A stretch of DNA of 64,000 nt, from positions 98,334,001-98,398,000 of the forward strand of contig NC_086097.1 in NCBI RefSeq assembly GCF_963921235.1, given 5' to 3'. This document shows positions 51,961 to 64,000 of the stretch, piece after piece. Numbering within the stretch: the first letter of the stretch is position 1; each line of letters begins with the position of its first letter. The notes under the pieces were generated by a model that searched no databases, was not told the DNA's origin, and saw nothing but the letters and a program-made list of their open reading frames with translations. The stretch comes from Mobula hypostoma (lineage: Eukaryota). The position numbers were made by a program, and so were the translations under genes.

Positions 51961-52584
51961 TTAAAGTTATTTGTAATGCTATATTAGAACAGCAGATCAA
52001 CATTGGCTTCTGGCAGCCTGAATATATTGAACCCTCTTTCTTTTCTGGAACAGAGCAGGCAGAGACATGAAGTTAGGAATCCCCTTGTGTTTCGCGCATT
52101 CTCTGGTATGGTAGTATCCTTATAAAAGCCTTTTGTGACTAGTTTCCTGGTTTTTATTCTACCCTGTTTCTTGGAAAATTGTTGATCCTTAGTGAGTTAT
52201 TACAATTCACTTGTACAGTATACTTAAGCTTAATAAAAAAGGTCTGGAGAAGATTTCAAGCTCAATGTTCTCATATTGGAACATCAGAATAACAATTACT
52301 AATTGGTGATTGCAATTGTCAGATTAGCAGTAGGCTAGGAGGATTCCTTTTCTAAATACGATCTTCCCTGTAAGGCTATGAGACAGTGAAATCAATTGTT
52401 TAAATGTAAACAACCGAAGTTCAAGTTCTTTTTTTAACAGTGGAAGGGTCAAAGTATGTTTAATCAATAAAGTACACTGCAGCTCATTGAATTCAGAAGT
52501 GTATAATTTGACAAATAAAACTACTGCTGAACACTTTTGTTGAGATCATCAAAAAGAGACATGAGACAGTTGCAGAATACTTGC

Positions 52585-53490
52585 AACACATACAAAATGC
52601 TGGAGGAGCTCAGCAGGCCAGGCAGTGTCTATGGGAAATGCGTAAATAGTTGATGTTTCGGGTCAAGACCCTTCATCAGGACTGCAAAAAAAAAGATGAG
52701 CAAGAAGGTGGAGGGAAGGGAGGAAGAAGTACAAAGCGGTAGGTGATGGGTGAAACTGGGAGAGGGGGAGGGTGAAGTAAAGAGCTGGGAAATTGGTTGA
52801 TGAAAGAGATAAAGGGCTGGAGGAGGGGGAATCTGATAGAGGGTAGAAGACCATGGAAGAAAGGGAAGGGGAGGAGCACCAGAAGGAGGTGATGGACAGG
52901 TAAGGAGATAAGGTGAGAGATAGAACCAGGAATAGGAATGGTAAACGGGGTGAGGGGCAATTACCAGAAGTTTGAGAAATTGATGTTCATGCCATCGGGT
53001 TGAAGGCTCCCTAGATGGAATATAAGGTGTTGCTGGTTAATCCTGCATGTGGCCTCATTGCAACAGTAGAGGAGACAACAGACTGACATGTTGGAATGGG
53101 AAGTAGAATTAAAATGGGAGGCCACTGGATAATCCCACTGTTCCTGGCAGATGGAGTGTAGATGATTGGCGAAGCGGTCTCCCAGTCTACATCAGGTCTC
53201 ACCAATATACAGGAGGCCACACCGGGAGCACAGGATACAGTAGATGAGCCCAACAGACTCATAGGTGAAGTGCTGCCTCATCTGGAAGGATTGTTTTGGG
53301 CCCTGAACGCTAGTGAGGGAGGTGGTGTAGGTGTAACACTTGTTTGACCTGCAAGGATAAGTACCAGAAGGGAGTTTGGGGAGGGGGGGGCAGCATTGAA
53401 TGGACAAGGGAGTCACACGGAGCGATCCTTGCGGAAAGTGGTGAGGTGGGAGGGAAAAGATTGGTGGTGGGATCCTGTTGGAGATGAGTG
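52585..53490 (-). mobile_element. Older Penelope 3' fragment with degenerate hammerhead (~52648-52685)
   Basis: ORF 53192..53416 (GTYPCRSNKCY, CGLLYIGET); minus strand CTGATGAAGGGTCTTGACCCGAAACATC. Confidence 0.85.
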
Positions 53491-53758
53491 AATCACAATC
53501 CCTGACAATTTTTCAGTTGCTGGCACTCTTAACTTGAATCTGAAAGTTGTGGGTACAAGGTTCAAGGGTTTGACACATGATCTGAACTGTCACTGCTGTA
53601 CATTTGAGGAAGTAATTGTTTTGCATCAGAAATGAACTGTTGAAACAGTATGTAAGCTGAAGAACAACAGGAATTCTGCAGATGCTGGAAATTCAAGCAA
53701 CATACATCAAAGTTGCTGGTGAACGCAGCAGGCCAAGCAGCATCTGTAGGAAGAGGTG

Positions 53759-53796
53759 CAGTTGACGTTTCAGGCCGAGACCCTTCGTCAGGACTA
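53759..53796 (-). ncRNA. Minimal hammerhead motif (one stem I mismatch)
   Basis: Minus strand CTGACGA..GAAACGTCAACTG. Confidence 0.65.
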
Positions 53797-56180
53797 ACTG
53801 AAGGAAGAGTGAGTAAGGGATTTGAAAGTTGGAGGGGGAGGGGGAGATCCAAAATGATAGGAGAAGACAGGAGGGGGAGGGATGGAGCCAAGAGCTGGAC
53901 AGGTGATAGGCAAAAGGGGATACGAGAGGATCATGGGACAGGAGGTCCAGGAAGAAAGACAAGGGGGGGGGTGACCCAGAGGATGGGCAAGAGGTATATT
54001 CAGAGGGACAGAGGGAGAAAAAAGAGAGTGAGAGAAAGAACGTGTGCATAAAAATGAGTAACAGATGGGGTACGAGGGGAAGGTGGGGCCTTAGCGGAAG
54101 TTAGAGAAGTCGATGTTCATGCCATCAGGTTGGAGGCTACCCAGATGGAATATAAGGTGTTGTTCCTCCAACCTGAGTGTGGCTTCATCTTTACAGTAGA
54201 GGAGGCCGTGGATAGACATGTCAGAATGGGAATGGGAAGTGGAATTAAAATGTGTGGCCACTGGGAGATCCTGCTTTCTCTGGCGGACAGAGCGTAGATG
54301 TTCAGCAAAGTGGTCTCCCAGTCTGCGTTGGGTCTCGCCAATATATAAAAGGCCACATCGGGAGCACCGGACGCAGTATATCACCCCAGCCGACTCACAG
54401 GTGAAGTGATGCCTCACCTGGAAGGACTGTTTGGGGCCCTGAATGGTGGTAAGGGAGGAAGTGTAAGGGCATGTGACACTTCTCACACTCTTAAACTTTT
54501 CGATGATTTTAAGTTCCCTGGCCCCCACCGCTTTATTTTCACCATGGATGTCCAGTCCTTATATACTTCCATCCCCCATCAGGAAGGTCTCAAAGCTCTA
54601 CGCTTTTTGGATTCCAGACCTAATCAGTTCCCCTCTACCACCACCCTGCTCTGTCTAGCGGAATTAGTCCTTACTCTTAATAATTTCACCTTTGGCTCCT
54701 CCCACTTCCTCCAAACTGAAGGTGTAGCTATGGGCACCCGTATGGGTCCTAGCTATGCCTGCCTTTTTGTTGGGTTTGTGGAACAATCTATGTTCCGTGC
54801 CTATTCTGGTATCTGTCCCCCACTTTTCCTTCGCTACATCGACGACTGCATTGGCGCTGCTTCCTGCACGCATGCAGAACTCGTTGACTTTATTAACTTT
54901 GCCTCCAACTTTCACCCTGCCCTCAAGTTTACCTGGTCCATTTCCGACACCTCCCTCCCCTTTCTAGATCTTCCTGTCTCTGTCTCTGGAGACAGCTTAT
55001 CCACTGATGTCTACTATAAGCCTACTGACTCTCACAGCTATCTGGACTATTCCTCTTCTCACCCTGTCTCTTGCAAAAACGCCATCCCCTTCTCGCAATT
55101 CCTCCGTCTCCGCCACATCTGCTCTGAGGATGAAGCTTTTCATTCTAGGATGAGGGAGATGTCTTCCTTTTTTAAAGAAAGGGGCTTCCCTTCCTCCACT
55201 ATCAACTCTGCTCTTAAACGCATCTCCCCCATTTCACGTACATCTCTCACTCCATCCTCCCACCACCCCACTAGGAATAGGGTTCCCCTGGTCCTCACCT
55301 ACCATCCCACCAGCCTCCGGGTCCAACATATTATTCTCCGTAACTTCCGCCACCTCCAACGGGATCCCACCACTAAGCACATCTTTCCCTCCCCCCCGCC
55401 CCTCTGCTTTCTGCAGGGATCGCTCCCTACGTGACTCCCTTGTCCATTCGTCCCCACTGATCTCCCTCCTGGCACTTATCCGTGTAAGCGGAACAAGTGC
55501 TACACATGCCCTTACACTTCCTCCCTTACCACCATTCAGGGCCCCAAACAGTCCTTCCAGGTGAGGCATCACTTCACCTGTGAGTCGACTGGGGTGATAT
55601 ACTGCGTCTGGTGCTCCCGATGTGGCCTTTTATATATTGGCGAGACCCAACGCAGACTGGGAGACCGCTTTGCTGAACATCTACGCTCTGTCCGCCAGAG
55701 AAAGCAGGATCTCCCAGTGGCCACACATTTTAATTCCACATCCCATTCCCATTCTGACATGTCTATCCACGGCCTCCTCTACTGTAAAGATGAAGCCACA
55801 CTCAGGTTGGAGGAACAACACCTTATATTCCATCTGGGTAGCCTCCAACCTGATGGCATGAACATTGACTTCTCTAACTTCCGCTAAGGCCCCACCTCCC
55901 CCTCGTACCCCATCTGTTACCCATCTTTATGCACACGTTCTTTCTCTCACTCTCCTTTTTCTCCCTCTGTCCCTCTGAATATACCTCTTGCCCATCCTCT
56001 GGGTCACCCCCCCCTTGTCTTTCTTCCCGGATCTCCTGTCCCATGATCCTCTCGTATCCCCTTTTGCCTATCACCTGTCCAGCTCTCGGCTCTATCCCTC
56101 CCCCTCCTGTCTTCTCCTATCATTTTGGATCTCCCCCTCCCCCTCCAACTTTCAAATCCCTTACTCACTCTTCCTTCAGT

Positions 56181-56218
56181 TAGTCCTGACGAAGGGTCTC
56201 GGCCTGAAACGTCGACTG
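56181..56218 (+). ncRNA. Minimal type I hammerhead ribozyme motif, sense to INO80 pre-mRNA
   Basis: CTGACGA 56186-92, GAAAC 56206-10, GTC 56211-13, stem I AGTC/GACT. Confidence 0.8.
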
Positions 56219-57303
56219 TACCTCTTCCTACAGATGCTGCCTGGCCTGCTGCGTTCACCAGCAACTTTGATGTATGTAAGCTGAAGCTTGTTTATGCAGT
56301 CAAATCTGCATGATAAAGACTGCTTGAAGACCAGTGAATTCTGACTGGATTTTCCTGTTTAGTTTAGAGGGCAGAGACTGATACTTGAAATCCAAAAGGC
56401 ATTAAACTGGATATCAGTAATGCAAATGCACTAAGTGCTTCTGTACACATTGATAAAATTGTACAGTGCTCCACACTGCAAAAAAAGTCAATAATTTCAA
56501 GAAAAATGTCTGTATAGACTTAAAGTGAAATGAATCCTGTGAAATGAAACTTCACAATCTGAAATGAATCCCACAGAAACATTCTGTAATGTTTCCCAGC
56601 TGATACCTCCTTGAACCTCTGTTTTTTTGAATAAGAATTCCAAATATTCATTGCTCTCACACTTCATCTAACGGCCCTCTATTTTTAATCGCTCACCCCT
56701 AGATGTACATCCTCTTGTAAGAGGAATGGTGGGTATAATAATGGTGGTGGTCATAGTTGGAGTAACAAAATCAAATAGCATTTGTATTCAATAAGATAAG
56801 TCGGCAACATATTGATGAATTTACATCAGCGTAACGCTCAGGTGTACTGGCATTCGTGATGGTAAATAAAATAAAACATGTATTCAATTTGGTGTTATTT
56901 AACTACCTCTAGTGTTCCAAATGCTCATTTTTGTCTAATGGCATACTAAGTAACAATGAAAATAAGTAATATCAGGAAAAAAAGGAATATAAGTTACATC
57001 AGGCCCTCCTGTCCCAAATATCTGCTATTATGTCTTTTATTAAAATTACAGTTGATCTTGTACCTGAATGCCATTTTCCCATACCAACCCCACCCCCCCC
57101 CCCGGCCCCAATTAACAATTTCCTTAATATCCAGTAATCTGCATTGTCTTGTAAGTGATTTGGCTGAATAGTAAACATTAGTCAGAACGTTTGAACTCTT
57201 GTTAGAATGTACCTTTAGTACTGGGAAAGTTTGATGACATGCTCCCCTGTTCTCTATAGAACCAACAAAAGGCCCAGATTTTCCTGTATAAGAGGACCTT
57301 TCT

Positions 57304-57446
57304 ATGGCAGCAGACCTACTTCAAAGTGAGAATGGGAGTGGTGCAGAGCTGGCAAAGCCTCTACATCTGCAGTACCTGGAACGTGCACTACGACTTGACC
57401 CCTTCCTGCGCCAAGCTGCAAATGTATTCAACAGACCTATTTCTAG
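57304..57446 (+). CDS. INO80: INO80 chromatin-remodelling ATPase, first coding exon (exon spans 57260-57446)
   Basis: MAADLLQSENGSGAELAKPLHLQYLERALRLDPFLRQAANVFNRPIS matches the recalled INO80 N-terminus (ELAKPLYLQYLERALRLDHFLRQTSAIFNRNIS). Acceptor TTCTCTATAG| ends at 57259; phase-2 donor AG|GTAAGT at 57447. Too short for the ORF track. Confidence 0.95.
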
Positions 57447-58184
57447 GTAAGTCCACCACTCACTAAACGTGGGGTGATGCAGTGTTTTGATTCTGTTGCT
57501 GAATGGAATAGTTTATCAGAGGTGGCCTAAGCTATTGGCTCATGAAGCCACATATGATATTGAATCAGAATTGGGTTTATTATCACTGGCATGTGTTGTG
57601 AAATTTGTTAACTTGTTAATTGAGATGCAAGGCAACCTTCACTGCCAATCTTATTATAAATAATAAATCCATACTTAAACACTATGGCGAAATACTGATG
57701 AGTCTTCCATTTGTAAGTCTTCAGAAAGCCACTGATTTGTTGTTGAAGTGGAAGTTGAACTTGAGTTTGACTGTCAGATATCATTGCAAGCTCAGAGGCT
57801 GTAAAGGTATATAATGTTTATGGTTACAAATTTCACAATGTAGGTTGTGTGAAAATTGAAATGAGTCACACACTGTTCATGAGTCGAGGATGCCTCTTTC
57901 TGGCCCTGAGTTCCACAATTCAGTTGTGCATTGAGATTCATGCATCATCTTTAGAGCCAAATCATTTGGAGTTCCATTAATTCTATTAATTTCTGCAGTG
58001 GGTGTTTCTGTTGCTGCTTTCTTGGGAGTTGGGCAAGCTTTGAATCACATCAATTGTAAATGAGTGTTTTTACAGAAAAAAGCACCACTTCCACTTCTGT
58101 AAGTCTTCAATTTGCCCTAAAAGTAATTGTGCAGTCCTTTTAATTTTTTATTTAAGCTTGTGATCATGAATTTCTGCTTAATAT

Positions 58185-59570
58185 CTTTATTTCTTTTTAA
58201 ATCTTTTTATTAATTTTCCAAAATTATAAACAGAATAACAATATTGATACAGAGAGATTGGAATAATCTTATTGTTGATAAACATGTACAAAAAAGATTT
58301 CAAATAATACAGGTATAATAGACTTCCAAACTCTTAATATAATTAACCATAGAGAAAAAAGAAATAAAAAGAAAAAAAATGCAAAGAAAACCCCCCCAAA
58401 AGAAACCACAAAAAAAACTAAATACTAAACCCCAAAAAAAAGCAAATGGAACATAACAAGGCTGGACCAATATCTTAAATCGAGCAGGTTCAATAATGTC
58501 GTCAACTCCGCTCTTCTATTCATATATTTGAAGTTAATAAGAAGGATTCAGAAAGGTCAAATTACATCATATGAAAATGATGAATAAATGGTTTCCAAGT
58601 TTCTTCAAATTTAACCGAAGGATCAAAAATGTCACTTCTGATTTTTCTAAATTTAAACATGATATCGTTTGGGAAAACCATTGAAATGTGGTAGGAGGAT
58701 TGGTCTCCTTCCAGTTCAATAAAATGGATCTTCTGGCCACTAAAGTAATAAATGCGATCATCTGACAGGCTGAAGAGGATAAACATCTATGTTCTATCAT
58801 TGGCAAAGCAAAATTTGCTGTAATAGGATGGGGTTGTAAGTCAAAACGCAAAACTGTTAAGATAATATCAAAAATATTTTTCCAGAAGAGATCAGGACCA
58901 AAACATACGTTAAGGAAGCCACCTCAGAGTGACATCTGTCACAGATAGGGTTTATATGGGAATAAAAACGGGCTAATTTATCTTTAGATATATGGGCCCT
59001 ATGCGCTACTTTAAGTTGTATTAGCGTATGTTTGGCACATATAGAGGAAGAACTAACTGAAAAATTTTAAGCCATTTCTCTATAGGTAGGCAAAGTTGAA
59101 GTTCCTTTTCCCATTCATTTTTAATTTTATCAGATATACCTGGCTGTAATTTCATAATTATATCATAAATAGATGCTATTAATCCCTTCTGAAAGGGATT
59201 TAAACCTAAAATTTTATCGATAATATTAGTAGGGTATGAAATCGGGAAGGTAGGCAGCGTGGTATTTAAAAAATTTCTTATTTGTAAATATCTAAAAAAA
59301 AATAGGATCTGAACAAATTAAATTTATTAGATAACTGTTCAAAAGACATGAAACAGTTATTCAGAAATAAGTCACGAAAGCATGTTATACCTTTCCTTTT
59401 CCATCTCAAAAAGGCTTGATCCATAACCGAGGGTTGAAAAAAAATTTAGATCTGATAGGGCTTGATAATATAAATTTGTTCAAACCAAAAAATTTCCGAA
59501 ATTGAAACCATATTCGTAATGTATATTTAATTGTTGGATTAACCATTTGTTTATTCAATTTAGATAATGC
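58185..59570 (-). mobile_element. L1-clade LINE 3' fragment
   Basis: Minus-strand CDRCHSEVASLT..FWS zinc-knuckle-like segment and ARRSILLNWKETNPPT..KFEETWKPFI C-terminus; A-rich tail at 58185-58215. Confidence 0.75.
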
Positions 59571-59604
59571 TTAATACCTACTGTACTATTGAGGTGAGTA
59601 ATGA

Positions 59605-61100
59605 GTACATAAGAAGAAAATAAGTAAGAGCAAGAATAGGCCATCTAGCCCGTCGAGCCTGCTTTGCCATTCAATAAGATCATAGCTGATCAGGCCATGG
59701 ACTCATCTTTACCTACCTGCCTTTTCCCCATAACCTTTAATACCCTACTGTATAAAAATCTATCCAACCCTCTCTTAAATATATCCACTGCTTCATTGGA
59801 CAGAGAATTCCACAGATTCACCACTCTCTGGGAAAAGCAGTTAGTTCCTCCTCATTTCTGTCCTAAATCTACTTCCCTGAATTTTGAGGCTATGTCCTCT
59901 AGTTATAGTCTTAATTACCAGTGGAAACAACTTCTCTGCCTCTATCCCTTTCTTAATTTTATATGTTTCTATAAGATCTCTCCTCCTTCTGAGTTCCAGT
60001 GAGTACAGTCCCAGGCAACCCAATCTCTCCTCATAGCTTAACCCCTTCATCTCTGGAATCAACCTGGTGAACCTCCTCTGCACCGCCTCCAAAGCCAGTA
60101 TATCCTTCCTCAAGTAAGGAGACCAGAACTGCACGCAGTACTCCAGATGCAGTCTCAACGTTACCCTAGACAGTTGCAAACTAAACTCCTTGCTCTTAAA
60201 TTCAAACTCTCTAGTAATGAAGGCCAACATTCCATTTGACTTCCTCTGAGTTTGCAGGGCCTCTGCAGGTCAGATAAGATGTCTCGAACCTGGGCATCAG
60301 GCAGGCAACACATCCTTCAGCTCTAACCTGACGACCAAGAACTGTCTATTCCCCTGACTATACTATCCCCAATTACCACTGCATTTCCCTTCTCTCCCCT
60401 CTCTTGAATGGCTCCCTGAAATACGGTGCCACAGTTAGGTTGCTTGCTCATCCTTCCTACAGCCCCACTCTCATCCACACAGGAAGCAAGAATCTCAGAC
60501 CTGTTGGACAAGGTCAAGTGCTGAGGGTCCTCCAGCACTGTCTCTTGAATCCCTCTACCCACCTCACTTGCAGTCACACCCTGTTTGGCCCCTGACCACA
60601 GACTGAATTTGAGGCAGCTGATCTAATGGGTGTGAGTACATCCTGAAACACAGAATCCAGGTAACTCTCTCCCTCACTGACGTGCAGCAGTGTTTGAAGC
60701 TGAGATTCCAGGACATCAGCTTTGAGCCTGAGTTCTTCAAGCAGCCAACACTTGCTGCAGATGTGGTCACCAGAAACCACAATGGGTCTACCAGCTTCCA
60801 CATCATGCAGCTACAGCACATCATCTAATCCTGCATCATCCCTTTATTTAATTAGCTGTAACTTAGTGACATTTTATTCAACCAGTACAAAAGCCTTACC
60901 TGCTACTTACCTGTGCCCCCTTGCCAAAATCTCAAGTTCCCACTCCTACACTGGTCCACTCACTCAATGGCCGCTCTGCTTTACTTTTATTTGCTCCTGC
61001 TAATAAATCGCGAATCGATTGGTCCGCCGCTAATGTGCTGAGCCCTGCGAAACATTCTTTTAAATTCTTCTCCCTGACCTGTGCGAATTGGTTGGTCCAC
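59605..61100 (-). mobile_element. Internally deleted CR1 (5' UTR/ORF1 start joined to ORF2 C-terminus and 3' UTR)
   Basis: ORF1-like CCSCMMW, ICSKCWLLEELRL and AVVIGDSIVRG (60323-60824), then RT C-terminus (59841..60230) on the same strand. Confidence 0.75.
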
Positions 61101-61272
61101 CACTAATGCCAAGAATATTCTCTTGACAAATCTCATTGCTGCAGCTTTAAGTTATCCCAAGGACTTGTTTGAGTAAAATTTAATCGTCTTGGATTGCCAA
61201 GTTTGGGGTTTGCAGATGTCCTGTAATATCACTACAACCATTGTGATAATAATGTGACAGGTCCTCTATCTG

Positions 61273-61779
61273 CACTCAGTGACCACTTTATTAGGTACAG
61301 GAGTGGAACCCCTGTGTGATATGCTACTGTCCCCCATCCACTTCAAGGTTCGACCAGAGTTCCTCTACTACACACCACTATTGTAACATGGTTATGAGTT
61401 ACTGTTGCCTTCCTGTCAGCTTAAAGCAGTCTGACCATTCTCCTCTGACCTCATTAACAAGGCATTTTTGCTCACAGAACTGCAGCTCACTGGATGTGTT
61501 TTTGTTTTTCACGCCATTCTCAGTAAACTCTAGAGACTTTTGTGTGTGAAAATCCCAGGAGATGAGCAGTTTAGAGATGGTTGAACCACTCCGTCTGGCA
61601 AATGCAAGCATTTCACTGTCAAAGTCACTTTTCTTCCCCATTCTGATATTTGGGTTGAAGAGCAACCGAACCTCTTGACCATGATGCGTGTTTTTATGCA
61701 CTGAGTTGCTGCCACATGTTTGGCTGATTAGATATTTGCATTAATGAGCAGGTGTACCTAATGACGAGGCCATTGACTG
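61273..61779. mobile_element. Tc1-derived non-autonomous element
   Basis: Imperfect TIRs CACTCAGTGACCACTTTATTAGGTACA / TGTACCTAATGACGAGGCCATTGACTG; minus-strand N-terminal Tc1 remnant MGKKSDFD. Confidence 0.65.
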
Positions 61780-62794
61780 AATTTCCCAAGTTTTGGATAG
61801 GAACCTTTCCCTTCAAGTAAAATAATGAACAATTTCATCAACTTCAAACCTATCTAAGACATCGTTGGTTGACAACCACTTCAGTCCATTAGTTGAATTC
61901 CTTTGAATAGATGTAATAATTTGAACTTGATGCTTTTCATTTGAACAGTTAAAATGAATAATTTCTATGACAGTGTTCAAAACATTTTTGTTTCACTGAT
62001 CTATGTGTGAGGTGTTTGAGTTAAATGACAGTGACAGAAATTTCAAGGACTTGGGATAGGGTTTCAGGTCTGATGGGGCTCCATTTTTATTTATTGTGGG
62101 TGCTGCAGTTGTTGCACCAACAAAGGATTTGTAGAGAAATGCATGTTCAAGTGTGTTCTTTGCTAATACGATGGGTTGCTTCTTTTAGCTGATTTTTTTT
62201 TTCATAGTTTCATCTTCAACTTTCATCTTTGCTAGTTATAGCTTATCTCATATACTGTACATAGATATGGCAGGAGCAAGGCTGAGCATAAAAGAATTTT
62301 GTAGACTGTTGTGCATCTTGTTTCAAACATTTGAAATATCTGGGAGGCATCGAATGTAGCACAGAATTGGAATTTGTATTAGTATTCACTGTGGTTGAGT
62401 ATTACTTGAATATGAAATTATAACCGTCCTCAATATTTGTAAGAAGTTCTCCATGATATGGCCGTTAAGTGGGAGTGACATTTCGTAACTAGCAGACTTT
62501 TATTTCTTTATTGTTTCAGCTTCCTTTCTGATGCCAGAGTTTTATAAAGAATTTTTATGCAGCTGGTTATTTTCAATTTTGATGAGGAAGATATTTGAGA
62601 TGAAAACTCTTTATGACATGAAGGGGGTTATTTTGCCCATAAGAGCTTTTAAGAGAAGAATCTTATAAGTTCCACTCTCCAACCTCTTACCTTTGTATTC
62701 CTACAAATTATTCTCTTTGACAATGAACTTTTTCTACTTGGGGTGTGGGGTGGTTAACCAACCTGTATATCATTGGGACATAAGAGGAGATCTC

Positions 62795-63830
62795 AAGGTT
62801 CAGAGTACATGTCAGCACATAAGATTTGTTTTCTTGACAGGCATATACAGTAACTCCAAGAAACACAATAGAATCAATGATACACTGCACCTAACAGGAC
62901 AACAAACTCTGCAAATACAGAAAAGGAAAAAAGGAAATAATCATAATAAATAAATAAATAAGCAATAAATATCAAGAACATGAGATGAGTCTTTGAAAGT
63001 GAGTCCACTGGTTGTGAGAACAGTTCAGTGATGGGGTGAGTCAAGTTATTCCCACTGTTTCAAGAGCCTGATGGCTGAGGGGTAGGAACTGTTCCTGAAC
63101 TGGGTGGTGTGAGACCTGATGCTCTTGTACTACCTTCCTGATGGCAGAGTGAGAAGAGGCATGGCCTGGGTGGCGGGGTCCCTGATGATGAATGCTGCTT
63201 TCCTGCGACAGCGCTCTGTGCGTATGTGCTCAACTGTAGGGAGGGCTTTGCCTAGCTGGCTAGTATCCACTACTTTTTGTTGGATTTTCTGTTCAAGGGC
63301 ATTGGTATTTCCATACCAGGTTGTGAAGCAACTAGTCAATATACTCTCCACTGCACATCAGTAGAAGCTTGTCAGAGCTTTAGATATCACGCAGAATCTT
63401 CAGCACTCCGAAGGAACTGGAGGCGCTGTTGTACTTTCTTTGTAATTGCACTTGTGCACTGCGCCCAAGACAGATACTTCGGAGTGATAACACCATGGAA
63501 TTTAAAGTTGCTGTCCCCCTCCATCTCTGCTCCCCTAATGATCAACACTAGAACACTGGTGCACCTCAGGGGTGTGTGCTCAGCCCACTGCTCTACTATC
63601 TATATACACATGACTGTGTGGCTAGGCATAGCTCAAATACCATCTATAAATTTGCTGATGATGCAACCATTGTTGGTAGAATCTCAGATGATGACGAGAG
63701 GGTGTACAGGAGTGAGATATGCCAACTAGTGGAGTGGTGCCGCAGCAACAATCTGGCACTCAACGTCAGTAAGACAAAAGAGCTGGTTGTGGACTTCAGG
63801 AAGGGTCAGACGAAGGAACACATACAGATT
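62795..63830. mobile_element. Rex1/Babar LINE with 5' inversion (minus 62795-~63540, plus ~63545-63830)
   Basis: Minus ORF 63130..63351 (C-terminus) and plus ORF 63576..63842 (KFADD..LVVDFRKG). Confidence 0.8.
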
Positions 63831-64000
63831 GAATCTTGGTAGAAACCTGTACAGTCACATGAAGACACAGGCATAATTATGATCACAATTGAACCCGGGT
63901 CTCTGAAGCTGAGGCAGTTCATTTCTGCAGAACCAGAAATGTTGTGGTTCATTTCATAGTGATGTTTCAATATGCTTACTGTGGTTTGTACAAAAGGCAG

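Larger units (their letters stand above)
53663..56277. mobile_element. Penelope-like element with inverted pLTR: short arm minus (53663-~54472), long arm plus (~54472-56277)
   Basis: RT ORF 54406..55434 and GIY-YIG in both arms (54091..54528, 55561..55887); 15-bp TSD GTATGTAAGCTGAAG (53648-62, 56272-86). Confidence 0.92.

Noticed and set aside
57447..64000. INO80 exon 3
   Set aside because: No AG-bounded frame resembling the expected acidic DDSED.. continuation was found; it is probably beyond the window.

Overview
Eukaryotic vertebrate genomic DNA. The repeat content (dense CR1, Rex1/Babar, Neptune-type Penelope, V-SINE/HE1-like SINEs) suggests a cartilaginous fish; this is inference. Host genes: a CpG-island bidirectional promoter (~6.9-8.3 kb) lies between EXD1 (piRNA-pathway factor; first coding exon 7084->6961, minus) and INO80 (probable non-coding exon 1 ending at 7811; first coding exon 57260-57446, ATG 57304, plus). 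Most of the window is therefore a ~49.4 kb INO80 intron 1 filled with transposons: CR1 (one near full length), Rex1/Babar, L1, a HERO-like fragment, Tc1, pogo/Tigger, Harbinger, a solo LTR and SINEs. The most notable signal is a Penelope/hammerhead-ribozyme system with three parts. (i) About ten minimal type I hammerhead motifs. (ii) Two TSD-bounded, inverted-repeat Penelope insertions, one in intron 1 of each host gene; one has arms that appear to come from different subfamilies. (iii) Three independent ~90-140 bp TSD-flanked insertions consisting of only ribozyme plus tail, all starting at the ribozyme 5' edge. A long out-of-frame upstream ORF may overlap the INO80 start. Gene and TE family names come from recognising sequence from memory; no database search was run.
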